DNA of 64,000 bases from an uncultured delta proteobacterium (GCA_963736855.1 CAVTQK010000008.1:71835-135834); one strand, 5' to 3'; counted from the first letter of the stretch, positions 40,653-52,318 are shown. Translations and numbers: made by a program. Notes: a model not told the origin generated them from the letters alone.

Positions 40653-43600
40653 ATGAGACTCCGAATCGTTGTTTTGATCCTGGCATTGGGAACGATAGCC
40701 GCAGCGGGGATCGGGGGATATTTCTACTTCCAGGCTGAACAAGCATCTGTCATTTCTCATATTGAGGGCGATCTTGCCGCCAGGACCGCGGATCTGAAGG
40801 AACAAATTGTGAATCTCATTTCCGAATATGAGAGAGAGGTCCGCGTTCTGGTCAGATTTGAAGAATTGAAAGGAGCCCTCAAGAACCGGAACCCCGAAGC
40901 CTTGGCTCAAGCCACTCGAATCCTTTCTTATGTTTCAGCACGGCGCTTGGGTGATGTATGTTACCTCATGGACGGAAAAGGGAATACCGTTGCCTCCAGC
41001 AACTATAAAGAACCGGACAGCTTTGTGGGCAATAACTACTCGTTTCGCCCTTATTTCTCAATTGCCATGGAAGGCCGCAACTCCATCTACATGGGGGTGG
41101 GGGTTACTTCGAATCAAAGGGGAGTCTATTTCGGTTACCCGGTCATCGTAGAAGGCAGCGACATACCCTTAGGAGTGGCGGTGATCAAAGCCTCAATTGA
41201 GCATATAGAAGAGATAATCTCCCGTAAAAGGGATGGCATCGTGCTGTTCGTCCACGACAGCGGCTTGATATTCCTGGCCAGCCGAAGCGAGTGGATTCTT
41301 AACACGTTGTGGAGGTTGTCCGATCAGGAATCGGATCGCATTACAGCGACAAAGCAGTTCGGCAAAGGTCCTTGGAAATGGACCGGTTTTGAACAGAAAT
41401 CCTTGAACCGTGCGGTTGATCGTTCCGGCGCTGCTTACCTGCTCCATGAAACCGGGCTTGAAGCATACCCGGATTGGAGGGTCGTGGCGCTTACCAGTTT
41501 CGCTTCGCTGTCCCAACGCACCTCTCCCCCGTGGATGGCAAGGTCCATGTACGGCATCCTGGGCGTTCTGGGTATGGTAACAGGGGGGATGGTGATTCTC
41601 TTCATGCTGGCGCATAGAGATATTCAAAAACGGCAGCAGGCGGAGTGCGAGCTTCTGGCATCCAAGGACGATCTGAGCCAAACGGTGAAAATTTTACAGG
41701 AGACTCTGGCCCAACAGAAACAGACCGAGGAATCCCTCCGTGACAGCGAAGAGAGGTATCGTGCTTTTTTCAACACCTCACGTGACAGTGTATTCATGAT
41801 AACGGCGGACGGCAGGTTCATTGATCTCAATGATGTTGCCGTGGAGATGTTGGGGTATACGCTCAACCAGAGAGAGGAGATACTGAGTAAAAAAACCGTC
41901 GATTTCTACGCTCACCCCGAGAAACGCGAAGCAAATATCGCGATGATTTCAGAAACAGGATTTACCAAAGAATATCCTATCGATCTTCGGAAACGAGACG
42001 GGACGGTTTTACACACGCTGATCACCGCTGTAGCACGGAAAGACCGTCATGGAAATGTCGTGGGATTTCAGGGAACCATTCGGGACATCACCGAGCGTAA
42101 GCGCGCGGAGGAAAAAATTCAGCGTCAAGGAAAGTTGTTGAGTGCCATCAACTCGGTATTGCAGGAGGTGTTGCATGCAAACACCGATGCGGACATGGCT
42201 AGGAATTGTCTTAGCGCGGCCGAGAAGATAACCGGTTCGAAATTCGGATTCATAGGGGAAATCAATCAGGCCGGTCGTCTGGACACTATTGCAATAAGCG
42301 ATCCGGGTCTTACAACCTGTCGCATTCCCGGAGGAGATTCTTTTTCGTTGATCAGGAATATGGAAATAAGAGGAATCTGGGGGTCTGTCCTGAAAAGGGA
42401 ACAGTCCATGAAAGTCAACGACCCTGCCTCTCATCCCGATTCGGCAGGTGTTCCCGAGGGTCATCCTTTTCTCACATCATTCTTGGGAATCCCGCTCAAA
42501 CGATCGGGCAAGACCTTCGGACTGATTGCTCTTGCCAACAAGGACGGAGGCTATGACGACGCTGATGTGGCCGATATGGAAGCGCTGTCCGATGCCTTTG
42601 TAGGAGCCCTGAGCAGAAAACGTGCCGAACAAGACCTCCAAGCGAGCGAGGAGAAATACCGTAGTGTCGTCGAGAATATGCAGGATGTATTCTATCGTGC
42701 GGATAGGGAAGGGAATATCACTATGGTGAGCCCGTCCGGGGCGAAAATGGCAGGTTATGATACTGAAGACCAGATGATCGGGCTGAACATTGCCGGAGAA
42801 TTCTATAAGGATCCTGCCGAGAGGGATCGCCTGCTCGCTCTTCTCCGGGAGAAAGGAACTTTAAGCAATATTGAGATGGAATTGATAAGGAAAGACGGAA
42901 CCCCCGTAACGGTATTATCGAACGTCCATATCTATTACGACAAATCCGGGCAGCCGTCGGGGGTCGAGGGCGTCTTTACCGACATCACATCGCGCAAGCA
43001 GGCGGAGGAGGCTCTAAAAGAAAGTGAGCAACGGTACCGAACACTCTTTGAAGAATCGATAGATGGAGTGTACTCTGTCCTGAGAGACGGAGAGATAACC
43101 GATGCCAACGCATCTTTTTGCAGACTGTTCGGCTATGCGAAAAAGGAGATGATAGGCAAAGATATTCGGGAACTGTACGTTGATTCTGCCGATCGTTCAA
43201 AGTTTCAGGAGGAGATAGAGAAAAGCGGGTTTGTGAAAGACTATGAAGTCAAGTTTCGAACCAGAGCCGGAACAGCGGTTGATTGCCTTCTTAGCTCATC
43301 CGTCTATTACGGCAAAGACGGAAGCATTGCCGGATACAGGGGCATCCTGCGAGACCTGACCATCTACAAGAGACTTCAGAAGCAGCTTCTTCAGGCCCAA
43401 AAGATGGAAGCCGTCGGCACGCTTGCCGGAGGAGTCTCCCACGATTTCAACAACATCCTGCAGGTAGTCATCGGGTTCTCCGAGTTGGTCCTTGCAGACG
43501 AGAGTCTACCTGATCGTTACAGAGATGACCTTGAAAAAGTACTCCAAGCAGGAAAAAACGGCGCGGAGCTGATTCAAAGGCTGCTCATGTTCAGCAGAAA

Positions 43601-44522
43601 AACTGAGCCGAAACCGCTCGATCTCGATCTCAATCAGCGTATTCGTCAGATTCAGAAATTTCTGCAAAGAACCATCCCCAAGATGATTGATATTGAGCTG
43701 ATCCTTGCGAATGACTTGGCGCGCATCCATGCCGACCCGACTCAACTGGATCAAGTTTTGATGAACCTCGCTGTTAATGCCAGAGACGCCATGTCGGAAA
43801 GGGGAAAGCTCGTCATCGAAACTGAGAATGCTTTCATCGATGAGGATTACGCGAGAACGCATCTTGACGCCGAACCCGGATGGTACGTCCTCTTGCATAT
43901 ATCAGACACCGGTTGTGGGATGGACAAGGAAACCGTCGAACACATATTCGAGCCGTTTTTTACCACCAAGGAGATCGGACGGGGTACAGGTCTTGGCCTT
44001 GCGATGGTTCACGGGATCGTCAAACAGCACAACGGTCACATTACTGTCTACAGTGAGGTCGGCAAAGGAACCACCTTCAAGGTCTTTCTTCCGGCTGTAC
44101 AGGACCCAACGGAAACAGTTTTGGAGTCCACGGGTATAATGCCCGCGTTTGGTACGGAGACCGTTCTGTTGGTGGACGATGAAGAGTTTATCAGAAAATT
44201 GGGCGTTCGGATTCTCACCAAACACGGTTACACAGTTCTCCAGGCAAAAAACGGCAGGGAGGCGCTCGATCTTTTCAAGAAGGAACGTACGAATATCGGT
44301 GTGGTAATTCTTGACCTTATCATGCCCGAGATGGGCGGCATAGAATGTCTCAGAGGGCTTCTGAAGATTGATCCAAAGGTGAAAATCCTCGTGGCCAGCG
44401 GGTATGCGGCGGACACTTCGGTGAAAGAGACTATTCAACAAGGGGCAAAAGGGTTTTTCACTAAACCGTTTCGGGTGAACGAAATCCTCCGAGAGGTTCG
44501 CCGGATTTTGGACGAAAACTGA
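40653..44522 (+). CDS. Hybrid sensor kinase (Cache-PAS-GAF-PAS-PAS-HisKA-HATPase-REC)
   Basis: [10 protein letters not shown] Cache motif, TM, PAS repeats, GAF ([15 protein letters not shown]), [10 protein letters not shown]-terminal receiver. Confidence 0.9.
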   Translation: MRLRIVVLILALGTIAAAGIGGYFYFQAEQASVISHIEGDLAARTADLKEQIVNLISEYEREVRVLVRFEELKGALKNRNPEALAQATRILSYVSARRLGDVCYLMDGKGNTVASSNYKEPDSFVGNNYSFRPYFSIAMEGRNSIYMGVGVTSNQRGVYFGYPVIVEGSDIPLGVAVIKASIEHIEEIISRKRDGIVLFVHDSGLIFLASRSEWILNTLWRLSDQESDRITATKQFGKGPWKWTGFEQKSLNRAVDRSGAAYLLHETGLEAYPDWRVVALTSFASLSQRTSPPWMARSMYGILGVLGMVTGGMVILFMLAHRDIQKRQQAECELLASKDDLSQTVKILQETLAQQKQTEESLRDSEERYRAFFNTSRDSVFMITADGRFIDLNDVAVEMLGYTLNQREEILSKKTVDFYAHPEKREANIAMISETGFTKEYPIDLRKRDGTVLHTLITAVARKDRHGNVVGFQGTIRDITERKRAEEKIQRQGKLLSAINSVLQEVLHANTDADMARNCLSAAEKITGSKFGFIGEINQAGRLDTIAISDPGLTTCRIPGGDSFSLIRNMEIRGIWGSVLKREQSMKVNDPASHPDSAGVPEGHPFLTSFLGIPLKRSGKTFGLIALANKDGGYDDADVADMEALSDAFVGALSRKRAEQDLQASEEKYRSVVENMQDVFYRADREGNITMVSPSGAKMAGYDTEDQMIGLNIAGEFYKDPAERDRLLALLREKGTLSNIEMELIRKDGTPVTVLSNVHIYYDKSGQPSGVEGVFTDITSRKQAEEALKESEQRYRTLFEESIDGVYSVLRDGEITDANASFCRLFGYAKKEMIGKDIRELYVDSADRSKFQEEIEKSGFVKDYEVKFRTRAGTAVDCLLSSSVYYGKDGSIAGYRGILRDLTIYKRLQKQLLQAQKMEAVGTLAGGVSHDFNNILQVVIGFSELVLADESLPDRYRDDLEKVLQAGKNGAELIQRLLMFSRKTEPKPLDLDLNQRIRQIQKFLQRTIPKMIDIELILANDLARIHADPTQLDQVLMNLAVNARDAMSERGKLVIETENAFIDEDYARTHLDAEPGWYVLLHISDTGCGMDKETVEHIFEPFFTTKEIGRGTGLGLAMVHGIVKQHNGHITVYSEVGKGTTFKVFLPAVQDPTETVLESTGIMPAFGTETVLLVDDEEFIRKLGVRILTKHGYTVLQAKNGREALDLFKKERTNIGVVILDLIMPEMGGIECLRGLLKIDPKVKILVASGYAADTSVKETIQQGAKGFFTKPFRVNEILREVRRILDEN

Positions 44523-44572
44523 GAGCTCTCAGGATCAAGCTGTCCCTAAGGGCATTATCAAGAGAAAATCAC

Positions 44573-45553
44573 TCAGGGCTTGGAATGGACATCTCCTCGA
44601 TTCGTCCTTTGAACAGACCGGTCGGGCTGGTGGGGATTCCGTGGGATATTTAGGACCAGGTAGGCAGTGAGAGCAGCGCCCAATAGAATCAGCAAAAGAG
44701 CGAGCCGGCGTCTCGGTTTCTTCCTGTTCGAAGGAAAGACGGCGTGTTTCTTCGTATCCGGTTCCTCGTCTCCGCCGATTTCCGGATCATGCGATGTCCG
44801 TGCTTCTCTTTCATGGACATTCAGAATTACCGTCGTAATGTTGTCGTGCCCGCCCCGCATTCGGGCAAGATCGACCAGTTTTTCGGCGGTTTTGGCCGGC
44901 GGAAAAGCATCGGCGATATCGATCATCTCGCGGTCTTTGACCAGTCCGTGCAAGCCGTCCGAGCATAAAAGGATCGTATCTCCGGGTTTCAGTATAAGGT
45001 GGAACAGATCGACGTCTATTGTTTCACTGATTCCCAAGGCCTGAAGTATGATGTTCCGATCCGGATGGTTCTGGATTTCCTCTTCACTGATTTTTCCTTC
45101 TCTGAAAAGCTTTTGAACCAGCGTCTGGTCCTCAGTGATCTGGACAGGGCTTCCGTTGCGAAACAGATACGCCCGGCTGTCTCCTACCTGGGCGACGTAC
45201 GCTTCGCCGACATTTGCCCATACGGCGGTACATGTGGTTCCCATTCCCTTCAGCGACGGATTCGCTTGGGACATCTCATTCAAGAAACGATGGGTTTCTT
45301 CAACTGCATTCACCAGGGCTTCTCCGGGATTCCCGGAAAGGCCCCTTTCGATATATTCTCGGATCTTTTCCACGCTCGTGGTGCTGGCCTGCCGCCCTCC
45401 CGCATGACCGCCCACCCCGTCCGCCACAACTGCAAGGACCCCGAGCGAGCGGTCCGGGTCCTCGGAATTGAATCGATGGATGATAAAAGCATCTTCGTTC
45501 TCCCTGCGCACACAACCGGTATCTGTTTGCCCCACCGCTTCAATTGCCAGCAT
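44573..45553 (-). CDS. PP2C-family Ser/Thr phosphatase with C-terminal membrane anchor
   Basis: RRENED, VADGVGG, MGTT, VGDSRAY, CSDGL, GGHDNIT. Confidence 0.92.
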   Translation of the reverse strand: MLAIEAVGQTDTGCVRRENEDAFIIHRFNSEDPDRSLGVLAVVADGVGGHAGGRQASTTSVEKIREYIERGLSGNPGEALVNAVEETHRFLNEMSQANPSLKGMGTTCTAVWANVGEAYVAQVGDSRAYLFRNGSPVQITEDQTLVQKLFREGKISEEEIQNHPDRNIILQALGISETIDVDLFHLILKPGDTILLCSDGLHGLVKDREMIDIADAFPPAKTAEKLVDLARMRGGHDNITTVILNVHEREARTSHDPEIGGDEEPDTKKHAVFPSNRKKPRRRLALLLILLGAALTAYLVLNIPRNPHQPDRSVQRTNRGDVHSKP

Positions 45554-45585
45554 CAAAAAGCCGCTCCGCTCGCAAAAAGACCGAC

Positions 45586-46206
45586 TTATAATTTCCGGTA
45601 TTTTAAGACCATGGTTCCGATTTGGATCTGGGCGCCATCTTCGATCTCTTTACGGACGATCTTTTCTCCCTGCACCAGTGTTCCCGAAGCGGTATCCAGA
45701 TCCGTCATAACCAGCCGCTCCCCCTCCAAACGCAGGCTTACATGTCGGGGCTCAACACCTTCATCCTGAAAACAAATATCCGCATCCGCCGCGGTTCCGA
45801 TAATGAAGCGACGATTTTCTTCAAAAAGCGTGAACTGCTCCCATTGCTTCATGCCTTGGGTTACCACCAACCATCCATGAATCGGCTTTTCCGTCCGGAT
45901 AAATACCTTTGTCTTTCCTGCATCCTCGACTTTTGCGACCCGGGTTAGAGCTGCTTCGGGATTCAGGGACACAAAGGCAGTTTTCGGCTTCGAGGCCCCT
46001 TTCGCCACTTTCGTAATCTTTGCTTCAACCGCCGAGGCCGGTTTGAAGCTTTTCGCCTGAGTTCTTTTTTCCGTGATAGAATCCTCCGGGAATAAGTCCC
46101 TGGGTGGGTTGGAAATGTGCGCTCCACATCCCGGACAAATCTCAGAATCCACAGGTATGTTTTTCTGGCACTTCGGGCATATCATGGGTTCGATTTGCCT
46201 TTCCAC
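45586..46206 (-). CDS. Zinc-ribbon plus degenerate FHA domain protein
   Basis: CPKC...CPGC; GWLVV...IGTAADADICFQDEGVEPRH...DLDTASGT FHA-like fold. Confidence 0.75.
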   Translation of the reverse strand: MERQIEPMICPKCQKNIPVDSEICPGCGAHISNPPRDLFPEDSITEKRTQAKSFKPASAVEAKITKVAKGASKPKTAFVSLNPEAALTRVAKVEDAGKTKVFIRTEKPIHGWLVVTQGMKQWEQFTLFEENRRFIIGTAADADICFQDEGVEPRHVSLRLEGERLVMTDLDTASGTLVQGEKIVRKEIEDGAQIQIGTMVLKYRKL

Positions 46207-46215
46207 AAAAGGGTT

Positions 46216-48054
46216 TTAAAGCTTTTTCAAATTTTTGGCCGCGAATTCTTTGAGTTTTCGGTGCGGCGCATCCTGAGAAACCTTTTCCAGCGTTGATCGG
46301 AATTTCGGATTACCCGACGCGCCCAAGATATTGCAGAGCCAGGACATGGCATCCACGTGATGTCTATTATCGGGATTTTTTTGATAGCTTGCCAGCAATT
46401 CTCTGTTGGCTAATGCCGCCATGTTCGGATCATGCAAATATTGGCGATAGATGGTTTTAGCCGCCCTCTGTTTATTGACCGGATCCGGCGATTGGAGCAT
46501 GCTAGCATATTGTGCGGACGGTGTTGTGGCTACCTTTGGTTCGGTCGCTTTCGGAGGCGTCGTTGGAGGAGAAACAGCGAGAGGGGGCTTTTGAGGTTCT
46601 GGAGAGATTGCGGGAGTCTCTTCCGGCACAGGCTTTTCCGGAGTTTCCGGCCGAGGTTCCGGAGGAGGTTTCTTTTGAGGACTCTCCGGTACGGGAATTC
46701 GCGGTTTTTCTTTTTCCACTTGCTGGGGTTGGGAAGGTCGCGGCGCTTTTTCCTGATGATCACCAGGATCTTGGGGAGACTTCTCTATTTTTTCAGGAAT
46801 CTTTTCAGGTTTCGGCTTAGGAGGTATGCCTATCTCCTGAGGGCTAGGAAGCAGTTCCTGAGGCAGCGGTTTACTATTGTCGGGCAAGCTGCTGCCGATC
46901 CCCCTTGGCCCGTTTTCACCGAGTTGTCTGGTCGCCAACAGCGAACCCTGGGGTGTCACCGCCGGGATAGTTTGCTGGACCAGGGGAAGCTTGCGGGTGT
47001 CTTCACTCTTTGAATATATCATAAAGAAAACCACCAGCAAGCAAACGATCATCGCTGCTGCCGCAACAAGCAATGCAATTTGTTTCCGTGTATATCGTCC
47101 TACTATGAGCGGGGTTTCCTGAGAGTTGATAGCAGCAATCCACGACTTCAGCCTCTCCAGTAAAGCGTCCGGTTTTGCCCATAACATGCCCTGATCTTTC
47201 GCGGCACGGGTCTGCATATGGGAGAGATCGATTAAGGAGACCCGGTTTAGAGCTTCCCGAAAAGCCTTGGCCGATTCAAAACGGTCTTTGGGTGCCTTAG
47301 CCAGGGCCTTTAAAATAATGTCGCTAAGAATTTTGGGAATGTTGGAATTGATCCCGGTGGGCGGCGGCGGCGGATCCTCGATATGCGCCCGCATGACCTC
47401 ATATTCGGAATCACTGGAAAACGGAACCTGACCGGTCGCCATTTGATAAAGCGTGATCCCCAAAGCATAAATATCCGCAGGATGGCCGATCGGTTCCCCG
47501 CGAATCCGTTCCGGGGACATGTACCAAACGGTCCCCAGAGCGGTACCCGTCCTGGTCATCCCTTTTTCTCCAACGGCCTTGGCAATGCCGAAATCGGTGA
47601 CCTTCACTTGACCCGATTCCGTAATCATAATATTGGCCGGTTTGATGTCCCGGTGGACGATGCCGCGTCCATGCATGAACTCCAACGCCAACAGGACGCC
47701 ATCCATGATGTGAAGTGTTTCTGAAAGAGGCAGCGCCCCGCTTTCCTGCAGCATCTGTTCAAGAGTACGCCCTGGAACGTACTCCATGACGAGAAATGTA
47801 TCGTTATCGTCTTCCAGGTAGTTAAAAATGTTCACCACGTTAGGATGGGAAATCTGTGCCTGGAGCCTGGCTTCCCGGATGAAGCGATCCCGCATCCCCG
47901 CCTCATTTGAATATTCGGGACTCATCACCTTGACCGCCACCTGCTGATCCAGCTTGGTATGTACGCCCTGGTAAACGACTCCCATCCCACCCTTCCCGAT
48001 GAGTCTCAGGATCCGATAGGGACCGATTTCTTTTCCGATCACGTTGCGGATCAT
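46216..48054 (-). CDS. Hanks-type Ser/Thr protein kinase with TM, Pro-rich linker and extracytoplasmic helical domain
   Basis: GKGGMGVVY, VAVK, HRDIKPAN, DFG, YMSPE. Confidence 0.93.
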   Translation of the reverse strand: MIRNVIGKEIGPYRILRLIGKGGMGVVYQGVHTKLDQQVAVKVMSPEYSNEAGMRDRFIREARLQAQISHPNVVNIFNYLEDDNDTFLVMEYVPGRTLEQMLQESGALPLSETLHIMDGVLLALEFMHGRGIVHRDIKPANIMITESGQVKVTDFGIAKAVGEKGMTRTGTALGTVWYMSPERIRGEPIGHPADIYALGITLYQMATGQVPFSSDSEYEVMRAHIEDPPPPPTGINSNIPKILSDIILKALAKAPKDRFESAKAFREALNRVSLIDLSHMQTRAAKDQGMLWAKPDALLERLKSWIAAINSQETPLIVGRYTRKQIALLVAAAAMIVCLLVVFFMIYSKSEDTRKLPLVQQTIPAVTPQGSLLATRQLGENGPRGIGSSLPDNSKPLPQELLPSPQEIGIPPKPKPEKIPEKIEKSPQDPGDHQEKAPRPSQPQQVEKEKPRIPVPESPQKKPPPEPRPETPEKPVPEETPAISPEPQKPPLAVSPPTTPPKATEPKVATTPSAQYASMLQSPDPVNKQRAAKTIYRQYLHDPNMAALANRELLASYQKNPDNRHHVDAMSWLCNILGASGNPKFRSTLEKVSQDAPHRKLKEFAAKNLKKL

Positions 48055-49694
48055 CCTCTCTGGAACAGAAGCGAAATTTTCCCGGATTTTCCGATAAAAA
48101 TCAGGTCACCGGATTGGATCTGTCCCTTTTGAACCTGCCCTTTGGTCACGGAATTGATATAAGTACCGTTTGTACTATTGAGATCCTTGACGATCATTTT
48201 ATCCCCCTCGGGACCTATCCATGCATGCTCCCGAGAGACTTCTTCATCGTCGATCACCAGGTCGTTCTTGACGGCCGCCCGTCCCACCTTCAGACCCAGC
48301 ATCCCGATTTCAAAAGATTTCCCCTGGATGGTGCCACGACCGATCAACCGGCCGAACTGAGAGTCTTTTTCTCCCGATAACGCATCGGAAATATTTGTGA
48401 CTTGCGCCATCGGTTTGATCTTCTCCTGAGCCGTCCGAGGCTTCCGCTTTCCTGCAATCCACAACACAATCGCCATCAGGATGACTCCAACACCGATCAA
48501 AATGGCGATGATCCAACCTGCAGCCATTCCGGAAGGCCGGCGTTGTTCGGATTCCTTGAGGCTGAGCAGCAGTTTTCGGACATCGGGCTGATCGGGCATG
48601 TACACCAGGCAATTCTGGATCGCCTTTTCCGCCGCCCGGTTGTCCCCCCTTGTGTATGCCTCCAACGCCTTTTCCCATTCCACATCGAACAGTCCCCGTT
48701 TTCCCGCATCGATGCCCGCTGCACGAATGAATTCGGCCAGCGTATTCACCGGCACCAGCCAGTTAAATCCGGAGAAAGCCTGACCCTGGGCAAGCCCGAC
48801 ATAGGAGACAATCCCGATGACTTCTCCTTTGGAATTAATGCAGGGGCCTCCGCTGTTTCCCCAGATAATGTTGACATCGGTCTGAATCATCGGAGTCCCC
48901 TTGATGTCGATCTTACTCCCTGAAATCGTCCCGGTATTGATGGTCTGTTCCACCATTTTCGATTCCTGGCTTAACACCTCCGATTGGCCTGCGCTGGGAT
49001 ACCCGATGACATGGACCCGCTCTCCGATCTGCACTTTGCTGGAATCACCGAGCCGGACAGTAGGAAAGTTACGATCTTCGATCTTCAATATGGCGACATC
49101 CTTACCGGTCTTTTTGGTGACCTGGACACCCGGCAAAACATCCTGCACCAGGGTTCCGGCTCCGCCGGGCAGGGGATTGACCGCCGGGCTGTACTCCTTG
49201 ACCTCGGCGGGATATGCCTTCCTGTTGGATAAAACAACCATGAGTTCCTTTTTCAGGATCACCTTGAAATCTTTATATTTTTCATAGAATTTTCCCACCA
49301 GCTGCCGCCTTTCGGCTTCGGAAAACGTCTTTTTTTCCTGAGCCTCGATCTGAGGGATTACCCTGGTCTGTATGAACTTGATTACGGCCGTGGCCTTCAT
49401 CAGATCTTCGTTCGACTCATGGGCCGCCTCTATCACGTGCCCGGCGGTAGCAATGTACCCATCCGGATTCACGATGAAACCCGTGCCGGCTCCGCCGATA
49501 ATCTGATCCCCCCAAATCTGGTCGCCGGAAGCCGGATCGATAATGACGCCCTTAACCAAAGCAAAGACATGGACCACGGCGGGTTTGGCTTTCAGCAGTG
49601 TCACCTGCAGATTCCCTCCGGTGTCGGCATTGGCATGGAAGGCCCAAAATGCAAGGACTCCGATCATCACAGCGGATATTCGAACATGGCGCAT
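48051..49694 (-). CDS. Membrane-anchored trypsin-like serine protease with cytoplasmic FHA domain
   Basis: Signal peptide; TAGHV, DVAILKI and GNSGGP triad; TM; FHA GR...VSREH...STNGT. Confidence 0.87.
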   Translation of the reverse strand: MRHVRISAVMIGVLAFWAFHANADTGGNLQVTLLKAKPAVVHVFALVKGVIIDPASGDQIWGDQIIGGAGTGFIVNPDGYIATAGHVIEAAHESNEDLMKATAVIKFIQTRVIPQIEAQEKKTFSEAERRQLVGKFYEKYKDFKVILKKELMVVLSNRKAYPAEVKEYSPAVNPLPGGAGTLVQDVLPGVQVTKKTGKDVAILKIEDRNFPTVRLGDSSKVQIGERVHVIGYPSAGQSEVLSQESKMVEQTINTGTISGSKIDIKGTPMIQTDVNIIWGNSGGPCINSKGEVIGIVSYVGLAQGQAFSGFNWLVPVNTLAEFIRAAGIDAGKRGLFDVEWEKALEAYTRGDNRAAEKAIQNCLVYMPDQPDVRKLLLSLKESEQRRPSGMAAGWIIAILIGVGVILMAIVLWIAGKRKPRTAQEKIKPMAQVTNISDALSGEKDSQFGRLIGRGTIQGKSFEIGMLGLKVGRAAVKNDLVIDDEEVSREHAWIGPEGDKMIVKDLNSTNGTYINSVTKGQVQKGQIQSGDLIFIGKSGKISLLFQRG

Positions 49695-49806
49695 TTCATC
49701 CTCCTGTCGTTTTATAGGCTCTGCTCAACCGGCAACGCCTTTTTGCGAATCGATTTCCATGGCGATACCGGAGGATCAGGGCTTCTTTTTCCGTTTTTTT
49801 GTCGGG

Positions 49807-51255
49807 TTACTCTCTCGAGGCCAAAGAAAGCGAGGTGACCATCCTCACCATGTGCAATGTTTTCGTGATGGTTCCCCCCACCAGCATACCGTTTTGCAAA
49901 TCATAGATATAGTCTAAAGCATCTCTGGAATTTGCTTCGTGCAGCCGCACACGGGTACCATCGATACCGCTCACGCTGAGCTGCATCCCGGTAAACGGAT
50001 CCCGGTCGAGAACCTGTCCGGACCGAAGCTGTCGAAGCACGCCGGGGAAAATCCAGAGCCCGCCCACCTGACTGGAACCGTTGATGCGTTCCACCTGCCC
50101 CTGCATCGGCTGGGGCATGTTCGCCGGGGCCTGCATCTGGCTTAGCTGGGTGAAATGAATCCAGCCGGCACCCTTGTTTTTGAATTCCAGCCTCATGGTT
50201 ACCGGAAATGAATACACACCGGCGGCGGTTACGTCGGCAGTGTATTTCCCCTGGTAGGTCATACTCCGGGTACTGCCCACCCATTCCGGCACCGGCGCTC
50301 CGTTCCACGGCAAAGGCGTTTCCCGGACCCCCAAAAACTGTATAATCCCGATATAAGTGCTTCCAGCACCCCTTGTCGCACCGGTTTGGGTGCCGACCAA
50401 GACTGGGGGGCTTCCTCCGGTTCCATGCCGAGCGATAAGTAACCCTGTATCGAGATCATAGGTATGGTGACCTGCCTTTCCTTGAAACCGAATTGCATTG
50501 TAAGTGCGATTATTCAAATTATAAGGCATCCGAATGATCCGACCCGACTCCGTGTGCATCTCCTTTACCTGACCGAGAATCTGGGGATGCACCCAGAAAT
50601 CCTTGCATTGCCTCGCTTCCCCTAAATCTCCTAGGGAAGCCATAACACTTATGTCACCGGTCCCCACTTCTTTCCCGAATAATCGGATGTCCAAAGCAGC
50701 CACCTGTTGATCCACATAGGCTACATTAATCTCCATGAGACCCTGACCCCCGGTGCCATAGGTCTCTTTGTCAACATAAGTTTCCCCGGTCGTTTTATCC
50801 TCCCAATAATCTTGCCCTGGTTTCGGCTTTCCTTTAACAAGCTCGCTCGAGGTTCCCGGAGTGTCTGCAAAAGCAACATAGTAGGTTATTCGTACTCCCG
50901 GCTTCAACCACGCAGGCAGATTCAAGTTGACATCGTTTCGGCCGGCCGTCTGTGATTGGCCTCCTCCACTGATGTTCGGAATTTGGGGCTTTTGTTGATT
51001 TTCAATAAACGGCTGTTTCGGACTCTCTTGAAAAGGAAAAACATTCTGGGGTATCGAAGGGTAGTCTGGATACCACTGCTGTGGACTTATTGGATTGTCT
51101 AAGAAGTCTTTTTGGTTGTCATCGAAGAATAAATCCGACTCCGATTGACTCAAATCGCTTGCGGCTTTGGGCTCCGAGGAAAAGGCATAACCCGTCAAAA
51201 ACAGGATTGAAGCCCATAGGAACATCACACATCTCAGACACACCGAGAACGACAT
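49807..51255 (-). CDS. Secreted hypothetical protein
   Basis: 482-aa ORF, signal-peptide-like N-terminus, AAGGAGG RBS, co-oriented with the kinase operon. Confidence 0.7.
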   Translation of the reverse strand: MSFSVCLRCVMFLWASILFLTGYAFSSEPKAASDLSQSESDLFFDDNQKDFLDNPISPQQWYPDYPSIPQNVFPFQESPKQPFIENQQKPQIPNISGGGQSQTAGRNDVNLNLPAWLKPGVRITYYVAFADTPGTSSELVKGKPKPGQDYWEDKTTGETYVDKETYGTGGQGLMEINVAYVDQQVAALDIRLFGKEVGTGDISVMASLGDLGEARQCKDFWVHPQILGQVKEMHTESGRIIRMPYNLNNRTYNAIRFQGKAGHHTYDLDTGLLIARHGTGGSPPVLVGTQTGATRGAGSTYIGIIQFLGVRETPLPWNGAPVPEWVGSTRSMTYQGKYTADVTAAGVYSFPVTMRLEFKNKGAGWIHFTQLSQMQAPANMPQPMQGQVERINGSSQVGGLWIFPGVLRQLRSGQVLDRDPFTGMQLSVSGIDGTRVRLHEANSRDALDYIYDLQNGMLVGGTITKTLHMVRMVTSLSLASRE

Positions 51256-51631
51256 ATCGCCCTCCTTGTCCTATGGGGTTGATGCACTCAGAAGCTGCTT
51301 TCAGAGCGAAACATTCATTACGATAAAAAAGCGCGCCCGCCTAAAGGGCTCTATTCACAAAAGCGACGGATTAGATTTTCTGAAAAACACAGCCCGGGGA
51401 AAAAGTCAACATTTTCATCTGAAAACTTTGATTTTAAAAGGAACAAAATCCTCCCAAGGCTTCCTCTCCGAAATACCGGTTCACCTGCATATTATACCAT
51501 TCATCCCCCGATCGCGCCGTTTTGTCGCCTCTTCGTTTCATCAATCGTGTTATCTTATTACAAAGGACTCGTTCGGCAAGGACCAGGCGATGCAGTATCA
51601 GGGCCGCGAAAGCCTAAAAAGGAGAAACGAT

Positions 51632-52318
51632 ATGTCACTGATAGAAATGGAGGGGATCCGGAAGGACTATCACTTGGGGGAAACAGTAGTGCATGCCCTT
51701 CGTGGAATTGATCTTACCATCGGTGCGGGAGAGTTTGTGGCCATCTGGGGGCCATCAGGATCGGGGAAAACCACTCTGTTGAACCTTATCGGGGCCATTG
51801 ATGAGCCGACGGAGGGAAGCCTTACCATAGCCGGAATCGACGTACATTCCCTGTCGGATAACCGAAAAAGTGAACTTCGCAATGAAACGATCGGATACAT
51901 CTTCCAGGGCTTTAATCTGGTGCCTGTCCTCTCTGCCCTGGAAAATGTCATGCTCCCCCTCCAGATCAAGGGAGCATCCCCAAGAGAAGCGAAAGAGAAG
52001 GCCGGCAATCGACTGAAGGACGTGGGTTTGGCCGAATTCATCCATCACCGTCCTGCCAAGATGTCCGGAGGACAGCAACAAAGAGTCGCCATCGCACGGG
52101 CCCTAGTAAACGATCCTTCCCTGGTGATAGCCGACGAACCGACCGCCAACCTCGATTCCGAAACAGCGCGAACGATCATCTCCATCATGCGCGGCTTAAA
52201 CCAGAAGGATGCCATCACTTTCATTTTCTCGACACACGATCAACGTCTGCTCGATCAGGTCAAAAGGCTTATCCGCTTGGAAGACGGATACATCATCGAT
52301 GGAGGTAAACAGTCATGA
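51632..52318 (+). CDS. ABC transporter ATP-binding protein (LolD/MacB-like)
   Basis: GPSGSGKT, MSGGQQQR, ADEPT; AGGAG RBS before ATG 51632. Confidence 0.92.
   Translation: MSLIEMEGIRKDYHLGETVVHALRGIDLTIGAGEFVAIWGPSGSGKTTLLNLIGAIDEPTEGSLTIAGIDVHSLSDNRKSELRNETIGYIFQGFNLVPVLSALENVMLPLQIKGASPREAKEKAGNRLKDVGLAEFIHHRPAKMSGGQQQRVAIARALVNDPSLVIADEPTANLDSETARTIISIMRGLNQKDAITFIFSTHDQRLLDQVKRLIRLEDGYIIDGGKQS

Noticed and set aside
46520..46900. Low-complexity repeats in the kinase gene
   Set aside because: Explained by the Pro/Glu/Lys-rich protein linker; not a DNA repeat array
51266..51631. Long N-terminal extension of the ABC ATPase in the ORF track
   Set aside because: Intergenic regulatory DNA; the RBS and family homology start at 51632
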